Notes under the pieces: generated by a model | Database searches by the model: none | Told to the model about the DNA's origin: nothing | What the model saw: only the letters and a program-made list of their open reading frames with translations | In this document: in pieces, positions 30,160 to 39,090 of the stretch | How the letters are laid out: each line of letters opens with the position of its first letter | Numbering within the stretch: position 1 is the first letter of the stretch | Assembly (NCBI GenBank): GCA_024276575.1 | Contig: JAJRWY010000131.1 | Span: forward strand, 1,268 to 65,267 | Source: Candidatus Binatota bacterium | Lineage (GTDB): Bacteria; Desulfobacterota; Binatia; UBA1149; CAITLU01 | Direction: 5' to 3' | Length of the DNA stretch: 64,000 bases | Position numbers and translations under genes: made by a program

Positions 30160-30561
30160 AATTCAGGCAAGGTCTCGCGGAGGCTAGCTTTTCTCGCAAA
30201 CAGTGCGAACTCGAAGCGCTGTGTCAGCGAGACCAAATAGCCCTCATTTCTGCGCTCGTTAGCGGTCTCGCTCCGGTGTGTTTCGGCGCGCCGGTTGGGG
30301 CCTGTGTCGAACTGCACTTTGACCGTTTGGTCCCTCTTTGCGGCGCCGCGGATGGCGGATGGTTGTGGGAGCGTTGTGGCGGCGCGTTTGGGGGTTATGC
30401 CCCGTCTCAGGAAATGTTCGCATCTCCCGAGGCGGGGCTTCTTTTTTTCGGGGATACCCCGTTCCCCGGCGGTGGGCAGCCGGCAGAGTCCCCTCCTTTC
30501 TTTGCTCCTGTGGGGCAATCCCATGGGGCCCACCGATTCTTTCCTGACTCGGAGGTATCTC

Positions 30562-30750
30562 ATGAAGGTCATAATCAATGTTTCTACGGGCAACTCCGAC
30601 TGGCCAGCTCTAAAACGCGAGCTCGAGTTCGACGGCGAGATGAGCGATCAAGAGTGCAAGGCCATCGCGGACTCTTTCGCCGTCGCAGTGAAGGCGAAGG
30701 TCTACGAGCTGCTCGGCGGCAAGCCCGATCTACCCGACGAAGCTGCATAA
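30562..30750 (+). CDS. small hypothetical protein (62 aa)
   Basis: GGAGG RBS then ATG; MKVIINVSTGNSDWPALKRELEFDGEMSDQECKAIADSF ... Confidence 0.35.
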   Translation: MKVIINVSTGNSDWPALKRELEFDGEMSDQECKAIADSFAVAVKAKVYELLGGKPDLPDEAA

Positions 30751-30893
30751 CTTCTCCTCCCGCGGTGACTGTCCCCCCCGTACGTCACCGACGGGACACG
30801 GCCCAGGCAAGGGTGGCGACCCGATCCACGACCGTGCAACTGACCGCCTGTGAAAGCCTGATAGCGGGCGGTCACCAATTCTTGGGGGCTCCA

Positions 30894-30983
30894 TGAAAGT
30901 GTACATCTGCTTGACCGGGCTTCTTCTGATCATTGCCGGCGCTCTGTATTACCTCGGCGCGATCTCGATGAGGGAAGAGTGAT
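30894..30983 (+). CDS. small single-TM peptide (29 aa)
   Basis: MKVYICLTGLLLIIAGALYYLGAISMREE; its stop overlaps the next small ORF's start. Confidence 0.3.
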
Positions 30984-31101
30984 GGCGAACCCGTTCTTCC
31001 ATGTACTCGTTTATCCGCCGTGGTGGGCGGGTTGGATCCTGCCGGTGCTTCTGGGGCCGGTGATGCTGGTCACTCTCATCTACAGGGGGTATCGGCCATG
31101 A
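30982..31101 (+). CDS. small single-TM peptide (39 aa)
   Basis: MANPFFHVLVYPPWWAGWILPVLLGPVMLVTLIYRGYRP; ATGA overlap with the next gene. Confidence 0.3.
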   Translation: MANPFFHVLVYPPWWAGWILPVLLGPVMLVTLIYRGYRP

Positions 31102-31454
31102 GACACATCGATTTTGTCCGGTGCTGTCCGTGCTGGGTGTGCGGCAAGGTTTCTTCTGATCGTCAGCCCACCCACGCCGATCATCGTCCTACTCGTGGAT
31201 CCGGCCAGTCGCGAGACGACCATACCTGGCCGCTGTGTGCCGACCACCACATCGGACCGCAGGGGATCCACAGCTTGGGCGAAGACACTTTCCAGGAGCG
31301 CTACGGCGTCGGCTACGTGACGGCGATCTACTACCTGATCAGCGTCTACCAGGTGGCGTGGGTGTCCGAGGTCAAGGATCGCGACAAGGCGCGCGAGATC
31401 GGATACCGCGCGGTCAGCCTCGTGCGTGAGTCGGCTTGGAGGGAGGCGGCATGA
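31098..31454 (+). CDS. putative HNH-like nuclease (DUF968-like CxxC...HH motif protein)
   Basis: CPCWVCGK ... THADHRPTRGSG ... PLCADHH. Start taken at MRHIDF, coupled via ATGA. Confidence 0.4.
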   Translation: MRHIDFVRCCPCWVCGKVSSDRQPTHADHRPTRGSGQSRDDHTWPLCADHHIGPQGIHSLGEDTFQERYGVGYVTAIYYLISVYQVAWVSEVKDRDKAREIGYRAVSLVRESAWREAA

Positions 31455-31777
31455 GAGCGAGTCGTCCCTACTACGGTCGTGACCAGGATCTACAGCCTGA
31501 GCTGTTCGCTCCCCACAACCACACGGACACGAGCAAGGCCGCGGCCAAGTACATCGCCATCACATCCCAGACCAAGCGGGAGCGCATTTACCGGCTGCTC
31601 TGCGAGCTCGGGATCGAGGGGGCAACAAACGAAGAGATGTCGCGCGCGCTCGGCATGCCGATTCAGACGGTGTGCGGGCGGGTAGCGGAGCTACGGGAAG
31701 AAAAACGGGTGGTTGATTCCGGCCGGCGTCGTCCGGGCGCGTCTGGAGTCAACGCGAAAGTATGGAGGGCCACATGA
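31451..31777 (+). CDS. winged-helix DNA-binding protein
   Basis: RERIYRLLCELGIEGATNEEMSRALGMPIQTVCGRVAELREEKRV is wHTH-like; ATGA overlap. Confidence 0.4.
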   Translation: MRASRPYYGRDQDLQPELFAPHNHTDTSKAAAKYIAITSQTKRERIYRLLCELGIEGATNEEMSRALGMPIQTVCGRVAELREEKRVVDSGRRRPGASGVNAKVWRAT

Positions 31778-32184
31778 GCGAACTACTAGATACGGTTCTT
31801 GAGCGCATTTACGACGATAACAGCCGCCGACGTGACGTCACCATGGCGCCAGAGCGGATGCTGCAACTCGCGATCCTCGAACAGGCGATCGAGGACTATG
31901 CGTATCTGAAATTCCGTCGTTTCGGCTACACGACCGGTCGCTCATATCGCGATCTGAGTGACGTTGAAACGTGGATCGAGGCGGACGGCCCCAATGACAA
32001 TCCGATGAGCCAAGCTTGCCCGGAGATGGGCACATTCGTCGGGATTTGCGAGAGCCTGGGCATCAACGCCGACAGTTTGCGCGAGAAGATCCGCGCGCGA
32101 ACCACCTTCGGCCGACGCCGCAACCGCCTCGCGAGTACTGGTCGGGTCCATAAGATCGTGCCGCTGGAGCCGAGGACTGCGTGA
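31774..32184 (+). CDS. hypothetical phage protein
   Basis: 136-aa ORF in the coupled early operon. Confidence 0.35.
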   Translation: MSELLDTVLERIYDDNSRRRDVTMAPERMLQLAILEQAIEDYAYLKFRRFGYTTGRSYRDLSDVETWIEADGPNDNPMSQACPEMGTFVGICESLGINADSLREKIRARTTFGRRRNRLASTGRVHKIVPLEPRTA

Positions 32185-32347
32185 GTCCTATTCGCGGTGC
32201 GCTCGCGCGCGAACTCGCCAAGAAGGCGGGGATCCGCGTGTCGGGAAAGCCCAAGACGGTGACTGAAAAGACGATCGAAGCGGAGAAGAAGAGACGGGCT
32301 GACGAGCTCGAAAGGAAGTGGTTGGAGAGGGGGAAGAGAGATGTTTG
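32180..32347 (+). CDS. small basic/acidic hypothetical protein (GTG start; not in ORF track)
   Basis: GTG overlaps the previous stop (GTGA). It encodes about 55 aa (VSPIRGALARELAKKAGIRVSGKPKT ...), and its stop overlaps the next ATG. Confidence 0.25.
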
Positions 32348-32610
32348 AGCAACAGACGCTGCCTTTAAAACGTCGCCGAGAAGTGCCGGCATTCATGGTT
32401 CTACGGCCGATCGGCCGCTTCCGTGGGGAAGATGACGTCTACGAGCGAAAAGACGCTTACGGCGCCTGGAAATACGCGCGCGTGGACTGCGGGACGCACG
32501 TCGAGTGGTACGCCTGGTCTAAAGGCCAGTGGGCCTACATGCCGGGCAAGGACTTAGATGGCCAGGTGGTGGTTGCGGATGCGGTGGAGGAGCTGGAGCG
32601 ATGTCACTGA
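32341..32610 (+). CDS. hypothetical phage protein
   Basis: 89 aa, coupled to its neighbours. Confidence 0.35.
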   Translation: MFEQQTLPLKRRREVPAFMVLRPIGRFRGEDDVYERKDAYGAWKYARVDCGTHVEWYAWSKGQWAYMPGKDLDGQVVVADAVEELERCH

Positions 32611-33380
32611 AAGCGTACGCATGGGCTTGGGAACAACACGACATCAAGGGGACAGACAAGCTGGTGCTTCTTGCTTTGGCGGATAGTGCCGACAACACGG
32701 GCAAATGTTGGCCCAAGCAGGGCACTATCGCGCTCAAGGCCGGCGTTCATCGGGTGACCGTTTCGAAGACGATCGCGCGCCTGGAAGAGGGTGGAGAGTC
32801 GGCGCCGGTGCGCTCTGTCCAGACCCGTAAGACGAACGGCGACTTTGGTGGAAAGGAGTACTATCTCAACCTTTCACGTGTAGCGCAGGACTACACGCCG
32901 CGTGTAGCGGAGGACTACACGCGCGAGCAACCCACGGCTACACGCGCGTGTAGCGCAGGACTACATGCGCGTGTAGCGGACGGCTACAGCAAAGAACCGT
33001 CATATGAACCGTCATTAGAACCGTCAGAGGGAACCAGCCCCCCTTACACCCCCCCTCGAACCGATTTGGAACTCCGGGAGGGAGTCAAAGCCGTCAATCG
33101 GGCAGCCGGCCGTCACGGGAAGGCGGCGATCCCATACCAGCAACTCGGAGCCGAGCGCTTACACCGAATGTGCCGCGGAGATCTCGACGAGCTCGGCCTA
33201 GTCGTCAAATGGCTGGTCGAGCGGGAAATGCCTACCTGGCCGGGAGGCTCGAAGTTGAGTCTTGCGCTGCTGGCTCGCAACTACGAGACCTACTGCGCCA
33301 ACGCGTATGCCGATAGCGACGGCGCCGGCGGGACGTGGGCCGATACGGTGGCGGCTCTTACTGGGGGCGGCCATGCCTGA
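32601..33380 (+). CDS. phage replication initiation protein (HTH_36/O-like N-terminal domain)
   Basis: MSLKAYAWAWEQHDIKGTDKLVLLALADSADNTGKCWPKQGTIALKAGVHRVTVSKTIARLEEGG; iteron-like repeats lie inside the gene. Confidence 0.55.
   Translation: MSLKAYAWAWEQHDIKGTDKLVLLALADSADNTGKCWPKQGTIALKAGVHRVTVSKTIARLEEGGESAPVRSVQTRKTNGDFGGKEYYLNLSRVAQDYTPRVAEDYTREQPTATRACSAGLHARVADGYSKEPSYEPSLEPSEGTSPPYTPPRTDLELREGVKAVNRAAGRHGKAAIPYQQLGAERLHRMCRGDLDELGLVVKWLVEREMPTWPGGSKLSLALLARNYETYCANAYADSDGAGGTWADTVAALTGGGHA
32878..32990. repeat. iteron-like repeat array (candidate phage origin) inside the replication gene
   Basis: GTGTAGCG occurs four times. GACTACA and GGCTACA repeats and the palindrome CTACACGCGCGTGTAG are also present. 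This mirrors lambda ori within O. Confidence 0.5.
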
Positions 33381-33840
33381 TTCTACGAAGGATGTCTTTC
33401 TGCGTGAGTTCGAGCGGCTGGCCAAGCGGTATCGCGTAAACCTGGACGACATCGTCTACCGCGAGCAGGTGGCGATGCTGCTAGACGACTTCGGGTCAAG
33501 CGGCCCGGAAACGATTTCGCTGGCGTTCGAGCTGCTACGCCGGCAAGGCCACGAGTTCTTTCCCAACTATGGACAGATCGCCGCGGCGATCTCGCGCGCG
33601 CGGCAGGTCATCGCTGATCGCCGGGCCGCGGATGAGCGCCGGCGGTGGTCCCGGCCTCAAGCCCGGATAAGCGGCGCCTTGGGCAAAGCGGTCAGCTACG
33701 CGATCCGAAATCAGCGGCTCTTATCCAAGCCGGAAATGTCGCATCAGATCGAGAAGATCCTTTCCGGAGACGAGCCGGGAGTGGATCCAGGGCAAGCGAG
33801 TGCAGACGTCTGCACTGCCGACGGAGGAACCCAGATATGA
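33374..33840 (+). CDS. hypothetical phage protein (replication-module)
   Basis: 155 aa; ATGA-coupled. Confidence 0.35.
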
Positions 33841-35351
33841 TCGAAGCTGCAGAATTACCTGAAGAGTCGGCCACTCGAGTGGACATGATTCCGCTGTGTG
33901 CGATCGCGGAATCGCCGAGCAACCCTCGAAAGACGTTCGGAGATCTCAGCGAGCTGACCGAGAGCGTGAAGGCCTGCGGAGTACTTCAACCGATCTTGGT
34001 AAGGCCCGACGCTGACGGCTACGAACTCGTCTTTGGCCACCGCCGTGTTCGAGCCGCGCGCGCGGCCGGTCTCGAACAAGTGCCGGCGATGATTCGAGAT
34101 CTCGACGACACTCAAGTCCTCGAGGCCCAAATCATCGAGAACTGCCACCGCGAGGACATCCACCCGCTGGAAGAGGCCGACAGCTACCGGATCTTGCATG
34201 AGGAGCACGGCTACGAGGTCGAAGAGCTTGCGGCGAAAGTCGGGCAATCAAAAAGCTACATCTACGCCAGGATGAAGTTGTGTGCTTTGGGTGAAGAAGG
34301 GCGCAAGGCCTTCATTGAGGGGAAACTCACTGCGTCGACAGCGCTGCTTGTGGCGCGGATTCCGAACACAGAGCTGCAAGTCGAGGCAACCAACGACATT
34401 ACCAGGGAGACCGAGTGGAGTTCTCCTATGTCGTATCGCTACGCCAAGGAGTATGTTCGCAGGACCTACATGCTGCAGCTCAAAGGGGCGCCGTTCTCGA
34501 GGAAAGCCGAAGATCTTGGCGCCGGCGCTTGTACTACTTGCCCTAAGAGGACCGGCAACCAGAGCGAATTGTTCGAGGACGTTGGTAGTGCAGACGTCTG
34601 CACGGATCCGCCCTGCTACCAGCGCAAGGTCGACGCGACGTGGCAAAAGACGGCTGAGCGATACCGCAAGAAGGGTATAACCGTTATCGACGACCCCAAG
34701 GAGATCAAGAAGATCTTCCCCTACGGTGACAATTTGGCTTGGAACTCGGGTTACGTCGATCTTCATGACCGATGTGAGGACGATCCCGAAAACCGGCAAT
34801 ATGCCAAGCTGCTTGGAAAACGGGCCATCGGAGACATGGTGCTGGCGCGCGATCCAGACGGCAAAGCACGCCAGCTCTTCCCCAACGACAAGCTCGTTGA
34901 GGCGCTCAAGGCGGTGGGCCACGATTTCTCGACAAGCAGCTCTGACGAGGATGGTCCCGAGGACCCACATGAAACCATAGATAGCGAGTTCGAAGCTCGG
35001 CTCTGCAATCGTGTAATGGAGCGCCTAGTAGCGGCCGTTGAAGCGAGAGAGCCCGACGAGGCATTCTGGCGCGCGTGTCTGGCTGATCACGACATGATCG
35101 ATTGCGTGATCGACCGACGCCAGTGGAATAGTGACGAATATCCGGGTCCAGAAGAGATCGATGCTCGATTAGCCGAGATAACGGTTCCGCAACTGCGAGG
35201 CCTTGTGTTCGAGACCTGCGTTACCGGGCTTGTGCTGCCGGTTTGGCGCGAAGAGCAACGTCAGAAAACCTCTGGGTTCTGTGCGCGTCTTGGACTCGAT
35301 TACGAGCAGATTAGGGAAGAGCTGCGCCAAGAAGAGGCGGATACGGCATGA
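33837..35351 (+). CDS. ParB-like nuclease domain protein
   Basis: ParB N-terminal domain (VLQPILVRPDADGYELVFGHRRVRAARAAG ... IIENCHRED) with a C-terminal Cys cluster (CTTCPKRTG ... CTDPPC). Confidence 0.6.
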   Translation: MIEAAELPEESATRVDMIPLCAIAESPSNPRKTFGDLSELTESVKACGVLQPILVRPDADGYELVFGHRRVRAARAAGLEQVPAMIRDLDDTQVLEAQIIENCHREDIHPLEEADSYRILHEEHGYEVEELAAKVGQSKSYIYARMKLCALGEEGRKAFIEGKLTASTALLVARIPNTELQVEATNDITRETEWSSPMSYRYAKEYVRRTYMLQLKGAPFSRKAEDLGAGACTTCPKRTGNQSELFEDVGSADVCTDPPCYQRKVDATWQKTAERYRKKGITVIDDPKEIKKIFPYGDNLAWNSGYVDLHDRCEDDPENRQYAKLLGKRAIGDMVLARDPDGKARQLFPNDKLVEALKAVGHDFSTSSSDEDGPEDPHETIDSEFEARLCNRVMERLVAAVEAREPDEAFWRACLADHDMIDCVIDRRQWNSDEYPGPEEIDARLAEITVPQLRGLVFETCVTGLVLPVWREEQRQKTSGFCARLGLDYEQIREELRQEEADTA

Positions 35352-35899
35352 CGAAGATTGAGCGGACTGACGAGACGTGCCCGAAGTGTGGCGGGAGCGG
35401 CGAGATCGGCGGCGACTGTGGGGACTTTGGCAGTTATATGTCGCCGCAAAACCAGCCGACGCCTTGCCCCACATGTTTTCCACGCAACGAACCAAAGAAC
35501 CGGTCTCAGTTGCGGGCGAAGGAAGAATACCGTTCGCACTTCATTTCGTATTTGCATGCTGGCCGGGCTGACAGGTCTCTGCAGGCTGAGGACAGCCACG
35601 ATAAGCGGCTACCAGGGCGCATCACTGGTCAGCATTGGTGGCAGGTGATGTGCGAGCGATTGAGCACGGGTGAGGACGAAGCGGCCGTGCTTAATGACTA
35701 CGGACTTAGGCGTGGGTCCGGGAACCGTCATGACATGGGAGTACGGTGCGGGACCATCGGAGAGTGCATTGCTGTGGTTGAGGCTGACAAGACGTTGGGT
35801 GATCTGACCAAGGACCGGCTTGTGAAGCGACTAGAGGCGCTGACCTACGATGTGTACTGGTCGGCGGGTCCTTCCAGCGGAAGTGACATACGCAGTTGA
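35348..35899 (+). CDS. zinc-ribbon hypothetical protein
   Basis: CPKCGGSG ... CPTCF motifs. Confidence 0.35.
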   Translation: MTKIERTDETCPKCGGSGEIGGDCGDFGSYMSPQNQPTPCPTCFPRNEPKNRSQLRAKEEYRSHFISYLHAGRADRSLQAEDSHDKRLPGRITGQHWWQVMCERLSTGEDEAAVLNDYGLRRGSGNRHDMGVRCGTIGECIAVVEADKTLGDLTKDRLVKRLEALTYDVYWSAGPSSGSDIRS

Positions 35900-36014
35900 A
35901 GGGGGGCCCGCTAGGTCAGCCATTTTAGCTCTGGAAAAATCACTAAATTAAATTTCAGTTACTTCGAGGTGACGATGGAGGCTGTGAACGCGGTGCGGAT
36001 GGCGGAAGAGGTGG
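35900..36014 (+). promoter_or_regulatory. AT-rich intergenic region, candidate late promoter
   Basis: TTTTAGCTCTGGAAAAATCACTAAATTAAATTTCAGTTACTTCGAGG is the only strongly AT-rich stretch in the module. Confidence 0.3.
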
Positions 36015-36530
36015 ATGGGGACCAGCAAGAAAAAGGCTACGAAGAAAGCTTCGACGAAGAAATCGACGAAGAAGAAAGTCGCCAAGAAGAAAGTCGCCAA
36101 GAAGAAGGTCACCAAGAAGAAGGTCACCAAGAAGAAGGTTGCTGCGAAAGCGGCTACGCCCGCGAAGCGAGGCCGAAAGCCCGGCCAAGTTGATACCGAA
36201 CCGCGCAAGCTGCGCGAGGATCCGGTACAGCCGTCCCTGGATCTTACCTACGAAACAGATCGCAAGCGTAAGCTCAAAGCTGAGGCGGACCTCAAAGAGG
36301 CCCAGGCCGCCAAAGCGAAGCTTGAGCGTGATGCAACGCTCGGTCGGCTGATCTCGTTGGAAGACCATGAGGCCGCGCTGGTCGAGCGCGTGCGCGTGTT
36401 GAAGAAGGCGCTACTGCGTCAGGCTCAGCGCTTGGGGCCCATGGTTGCCGGGCTAGATCCACGTGAAGCCACGGCACTGATTCAGCGTGAGAACGAAGGG
36501 CTCATCCGGGAGTTCGCGGGGCAGTTGTAG
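36015..36530 (+). CDS. Lys-rich DNA-binding protein, candidate terminase small subunit
   Basis: N-terminal (A/T)KKKV repeats encoded by a 15-bp tandem DNA repeat; a C-terminal helical domain; sits immediately upstream of the terminase large subunit. Confidence 0.35.
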   Translation: MGTSKKKATKKASTKKSTKKKVAKKKVAKKKVTKKKVTKKKVAAKAATPAKRGRKPGQVDTEPRKLREDPVQPSLDLTYETDRKRKLKAEADLKEAQAAKAKLERDATLGRLISLEDHEAALVERVRVLKKALLRQAQRLGPMVAGLDPREATALIQRENEGLIREFAGQL

Positions 36531-36532
36531 CG

Positions 36533-38515
36533 ATGGCCGGAAGTGCACTAGCGCGAGTCTGGACCGAGCCCGAGCGCGATGCGTGGAAGCTGCCAGGAGA
36601 GATCACTCCGAGTGAGTGGGCCGATGAGAACCGCCGGCTGAATCCGAAGTTCTCAAATGAAAGCGGCCGATGGCGGACGGCTCGCACTCCATATCTGCGT
36701 GAGATCATGGATACCCTGATCGACCCTCTTGTCGAGCAGGTCACGTTCATGAAGGCGACTCAGATCGGCGCCACGGAGGCAGTGCAGAACCTCGTGGGCT
36801 ACACGATCGATCAAATGCCGTCCCCCCTGCTGTACGTGATGCCCACCGAAGAAGATGCCAAGGGTATCGCCGGCGAGCGTCTGAAGTCACTGGTCAACGA
36901 GACGCCGGCGGTGGCGGCACACAAAACCGATCGATCCAACGATCTACGCGGGTCCCTGTGGATGCTCGACGAAATGGTCATGCGGCTGGCGTGGCCGACG
37001 GCCTCAAAGCTTGCGTCGATGCCGGTGCGGATTGTCATCATCGACGAGGTCGACAAGATCGAGAAGTTCACGGGGAAAGAGGCCAACCCGCTTGAGCTCG
37101 CCCGCGACCGCACCGACACCTTCAAATCTACCCGGAAGCTCTACGTGGTCTCGAGCCCGACCAACGAAGACGGCCATGTGCATCTGGAGTTCGAGGATTC
37201 CGACAAGCGGCGCTACTGGGTGCCTTGCCCGCACTGCCACGGCTATCAGCCGCTTGTGTTCGGCGGCAAGGGCGGTGGTGGCGGGATCAAGTGGCCGGTA
37301 GACGAGCGGGATCCGGAACGCATCAAGGCGCTCGACCTGGCTTACTACGAGTGTGATCTGTGCGCCGGCGAGATCCGCGATCACTACAAACCGTTGATGC
37401 TCGAGGCCGGCGTATGGTGCCCGGAAGGCTGCGAAGTCGGGCCCGGCGGGAAGATCAAGGGGGATATTCCGCAGACGACCCACCGCGGCTATCACCTGTC
37501 GGCACTGTACTCGCCGTGGAAGGATTTCTCCGAGCTCGTTGCCGAGTGGCTGAAGGCCAAGTCGCGCCCGGACAAGCTGCAGAACTTCCTAAACTCGCGG
37601 CTTGCTCAGGTTTGGCGTGAAAAGCTAGACTCGACGAAGACCTCAGAAGTCGAACACCTGGAGCTGCCTTACAGAAAGGCCGGTGAGGATCCGATTGTGC
37701 CGGCCGATGCCATTGTGATCACGGCTGCGATCGACGTGCAGAAAGATCATGTCTGGGTGGAGATCCGTGCGTGGGGCGTCGGTGAGACGTCCTGGCTTGT
37801 TCAGTGGCTGCGCCTACCGCGTTACTTGCATCCCTTTGAGGGCGAGACCGAGCACGACCAGTGGCGCGACGTTGTGAGATACGTGATCCGTTCCGAGTTT
37901 GAGCGCGAAGACGGCGGACCGGCGATGACTCCGCGGCTCATCGGAATCGACTCCGGCCACTTTACAGACGAGGTCTATGCGTTCAGCCGGCGCTTTTCTC
38001 CGTTACTGATTCCTTTGAAGGGCAGCAATCAACCGATGAGAGGGGCTCACTACCGGGCCAGCCACATAGAGAAGGATCGCCGCGGCCGAGTTCGCCAGCG
38101 TGGCATTGTGCTGTGGTGGGTGGATCCCTTCTACTACAAGCCGAAGCTGCACCGGATGATGCAGACCGAGCCGGGAATGCCGGGTCGCTGGCACGTCTAC
38201 CAGGACGTCGAGCAGGAATTCAAGGACCAGGTGACGGCCGAGGAGCTCGTCATCGAGCGCAATCGCCGAACAGGCGCCGCGAAGACAGTGTGGCGGCTCA
38301 AGGAAGGCCGCAACGCGAACCATCTCGGAGACTGTGCGGTCTACAACCTCGCTCTGGCCGACATTGTGGGCGTGGGGATGCTGACCGAGGCTCATCTGGA
38401 GCAGGTTCGCCGGGTACCAACGAGTGGCCGCTCGACCGAACCGGAGGAATCGCGCTCTCGGCGTGGCGGTAGCGGCTGGATCAATCGTGGCGGCGGGAAG
38501 TGGCTGGATCGGTGA
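36533..38515 (+). CDS. terminase large subunit (gpA-like)
   Basis: 660 aa; Walker-B-like IIDEVDK; central CPHCHGYQ ... CDLCAGEI Cys cluster. Confidence 0.8.
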   Translation: MAGSALARVWTEPERDAWKLPGEITPSEWADENRRLNPKFSNESGRWRTARTPYLREIMDTLIDPLVEQVTFMKATQIGATEAVQNLVGYTIDQMPSPLLYVMPTEEDAKGIAGERLKSLVNETPAVAAHKTDRSNDLRGSLWMLDEMVMRLAWPTASKLASMPVRIVIIDEVDKIEKFTGKEANPLELARDRTDTFKSTRKLYVVSSPTNEDGHVHLEFEDSDKRRYWVPCPHCHGYQPLVFGGKGGGGGIKWPVDERDPERIKALDLAYYECDLCAGEIRDHYKPLMLEAGVWCPEGCEVGPGGKIKGDIPQTTHRGYHLSALYSPWKDFSELVAEWLKAKSRPDKLQNFLNSRLAQVWREKLDSTKTSEVEHLELPYRKAGEDPIVPADAIVITAAIDVQKDHVWVEIRAWGVGETSWLVQWLRLPRYLHPFEGETEHDQWRDVVRYVIRSEFEREDGGPAMTPRLIGIDSGHFTDEVYAFSRRFSPLLIPLKGSNQPMRGAHYRASHIEKDRRGRVRQRGIVLWWVDPFYYKPKLHRMMQTEPGMPGRWHVYQDVEQEFKDQVTAEELVIERNRRTGAAKTVWRLKEGRNANHLGDCAVYNLALADIVGVGMLTEAHLEQVRRVPTSGRSTEPEESRSRRGGSGWINRGGGKWLDR

Positions 38516-38790
38516 CGGCCTGGATCGACAGAGACGGCCCGTGGCTCGGAGATCGCCGGCGCCGGTCAGAACCTGAGCCTCAGAAGGCCAAAACAGAGGC
38601 TGAAGACTACGCTGTGCCGTATCTGCCGGCCTATTGCCCGAAGTGCAACCGCGATGACAAGGTCACGGTGACCACTACACGCCGTTCCGAGCCGCCGGTG
38701 ACCCGCTACCTGCACTGTCACCGCTGCGGACACAATTTCCGCTCCTTTCAGTGCAAACTGGGCCCAAATGGCACTTTGGTCGTAACTTAG
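38500..38790 (+). CDS. small zinc-ribbon protein
   Basis: CPKCN ... CHRCGH; overlaps the terminase end. Confidence 0.3.
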   Translation: MAGSVTAWIDRDGPWLGDRRRRSEPEPQKAKTEAEDYAVPYLPAYCPKCNRDDKVTVTTTRRSEPPVTRYLHCHRCGHNFRSFQCKLGPNGTLVVT

Positions 38791-38817
38791 TACTACGTTG
38801 TAGTACGTACTTTCCCC
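38787..38817. promoter_or_regulatory. conserved palindromic motif copy 1 (TAGTACTACGTTGTAGTACGTACTTTCCCC)
   Basis: Near-identical to the motifs at 52687-52730 and 60071-60112. It begins at the stop codon of the preceding gene, ~45 bp upstream of gpW. Confidence 0.55.
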
Positions 38818-38859
38818 AAAAACCCGTCACGAGAACCCGAAATCGGCAATTCTTGGCTC

Positions 38860-39090
38860 GTGGCGACGAGTGTATCCACATTTCAGACGCGGCTTGAGGC
38901 CGCTGAGACGGCCTATGACCAGATGATGACGGACGGTCGTGGGATCGTGCGCTATCGCGAGCCCGGCGGGAACTTCATCGAGAAGGATCCGGCGGCCATG
39001 CAGGCCTACATCGAGTACCTACAGCGCCGTATTGCAGCGAAGACGGCCGGTTCGACCACTACGGTTGTCAGCCTAGGTAGGGTCGGATGA
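38860..39090 (+). CDS. gpW-like head-tail joining protein
   Basis: 76 aa between terminase and portal, as in lambda. Confidence 0.45.
   Translation: MATSVSTFQTRLEAAETAYDQMMTDGRGIVRYREPGGNFIEKDPAAMQAYIEYLQRRIAAKTAGSTTTVVSLGRVG

Noticed and set aside
35969-36193. Acidic 74-aa ORF in an alternative frame of the Lys-rich protein gene
   Set aside because: It is shorter and lacks coupling to the terminase. The Lys-rich frame runs 171 aa up to 3 nt before the terminase start.
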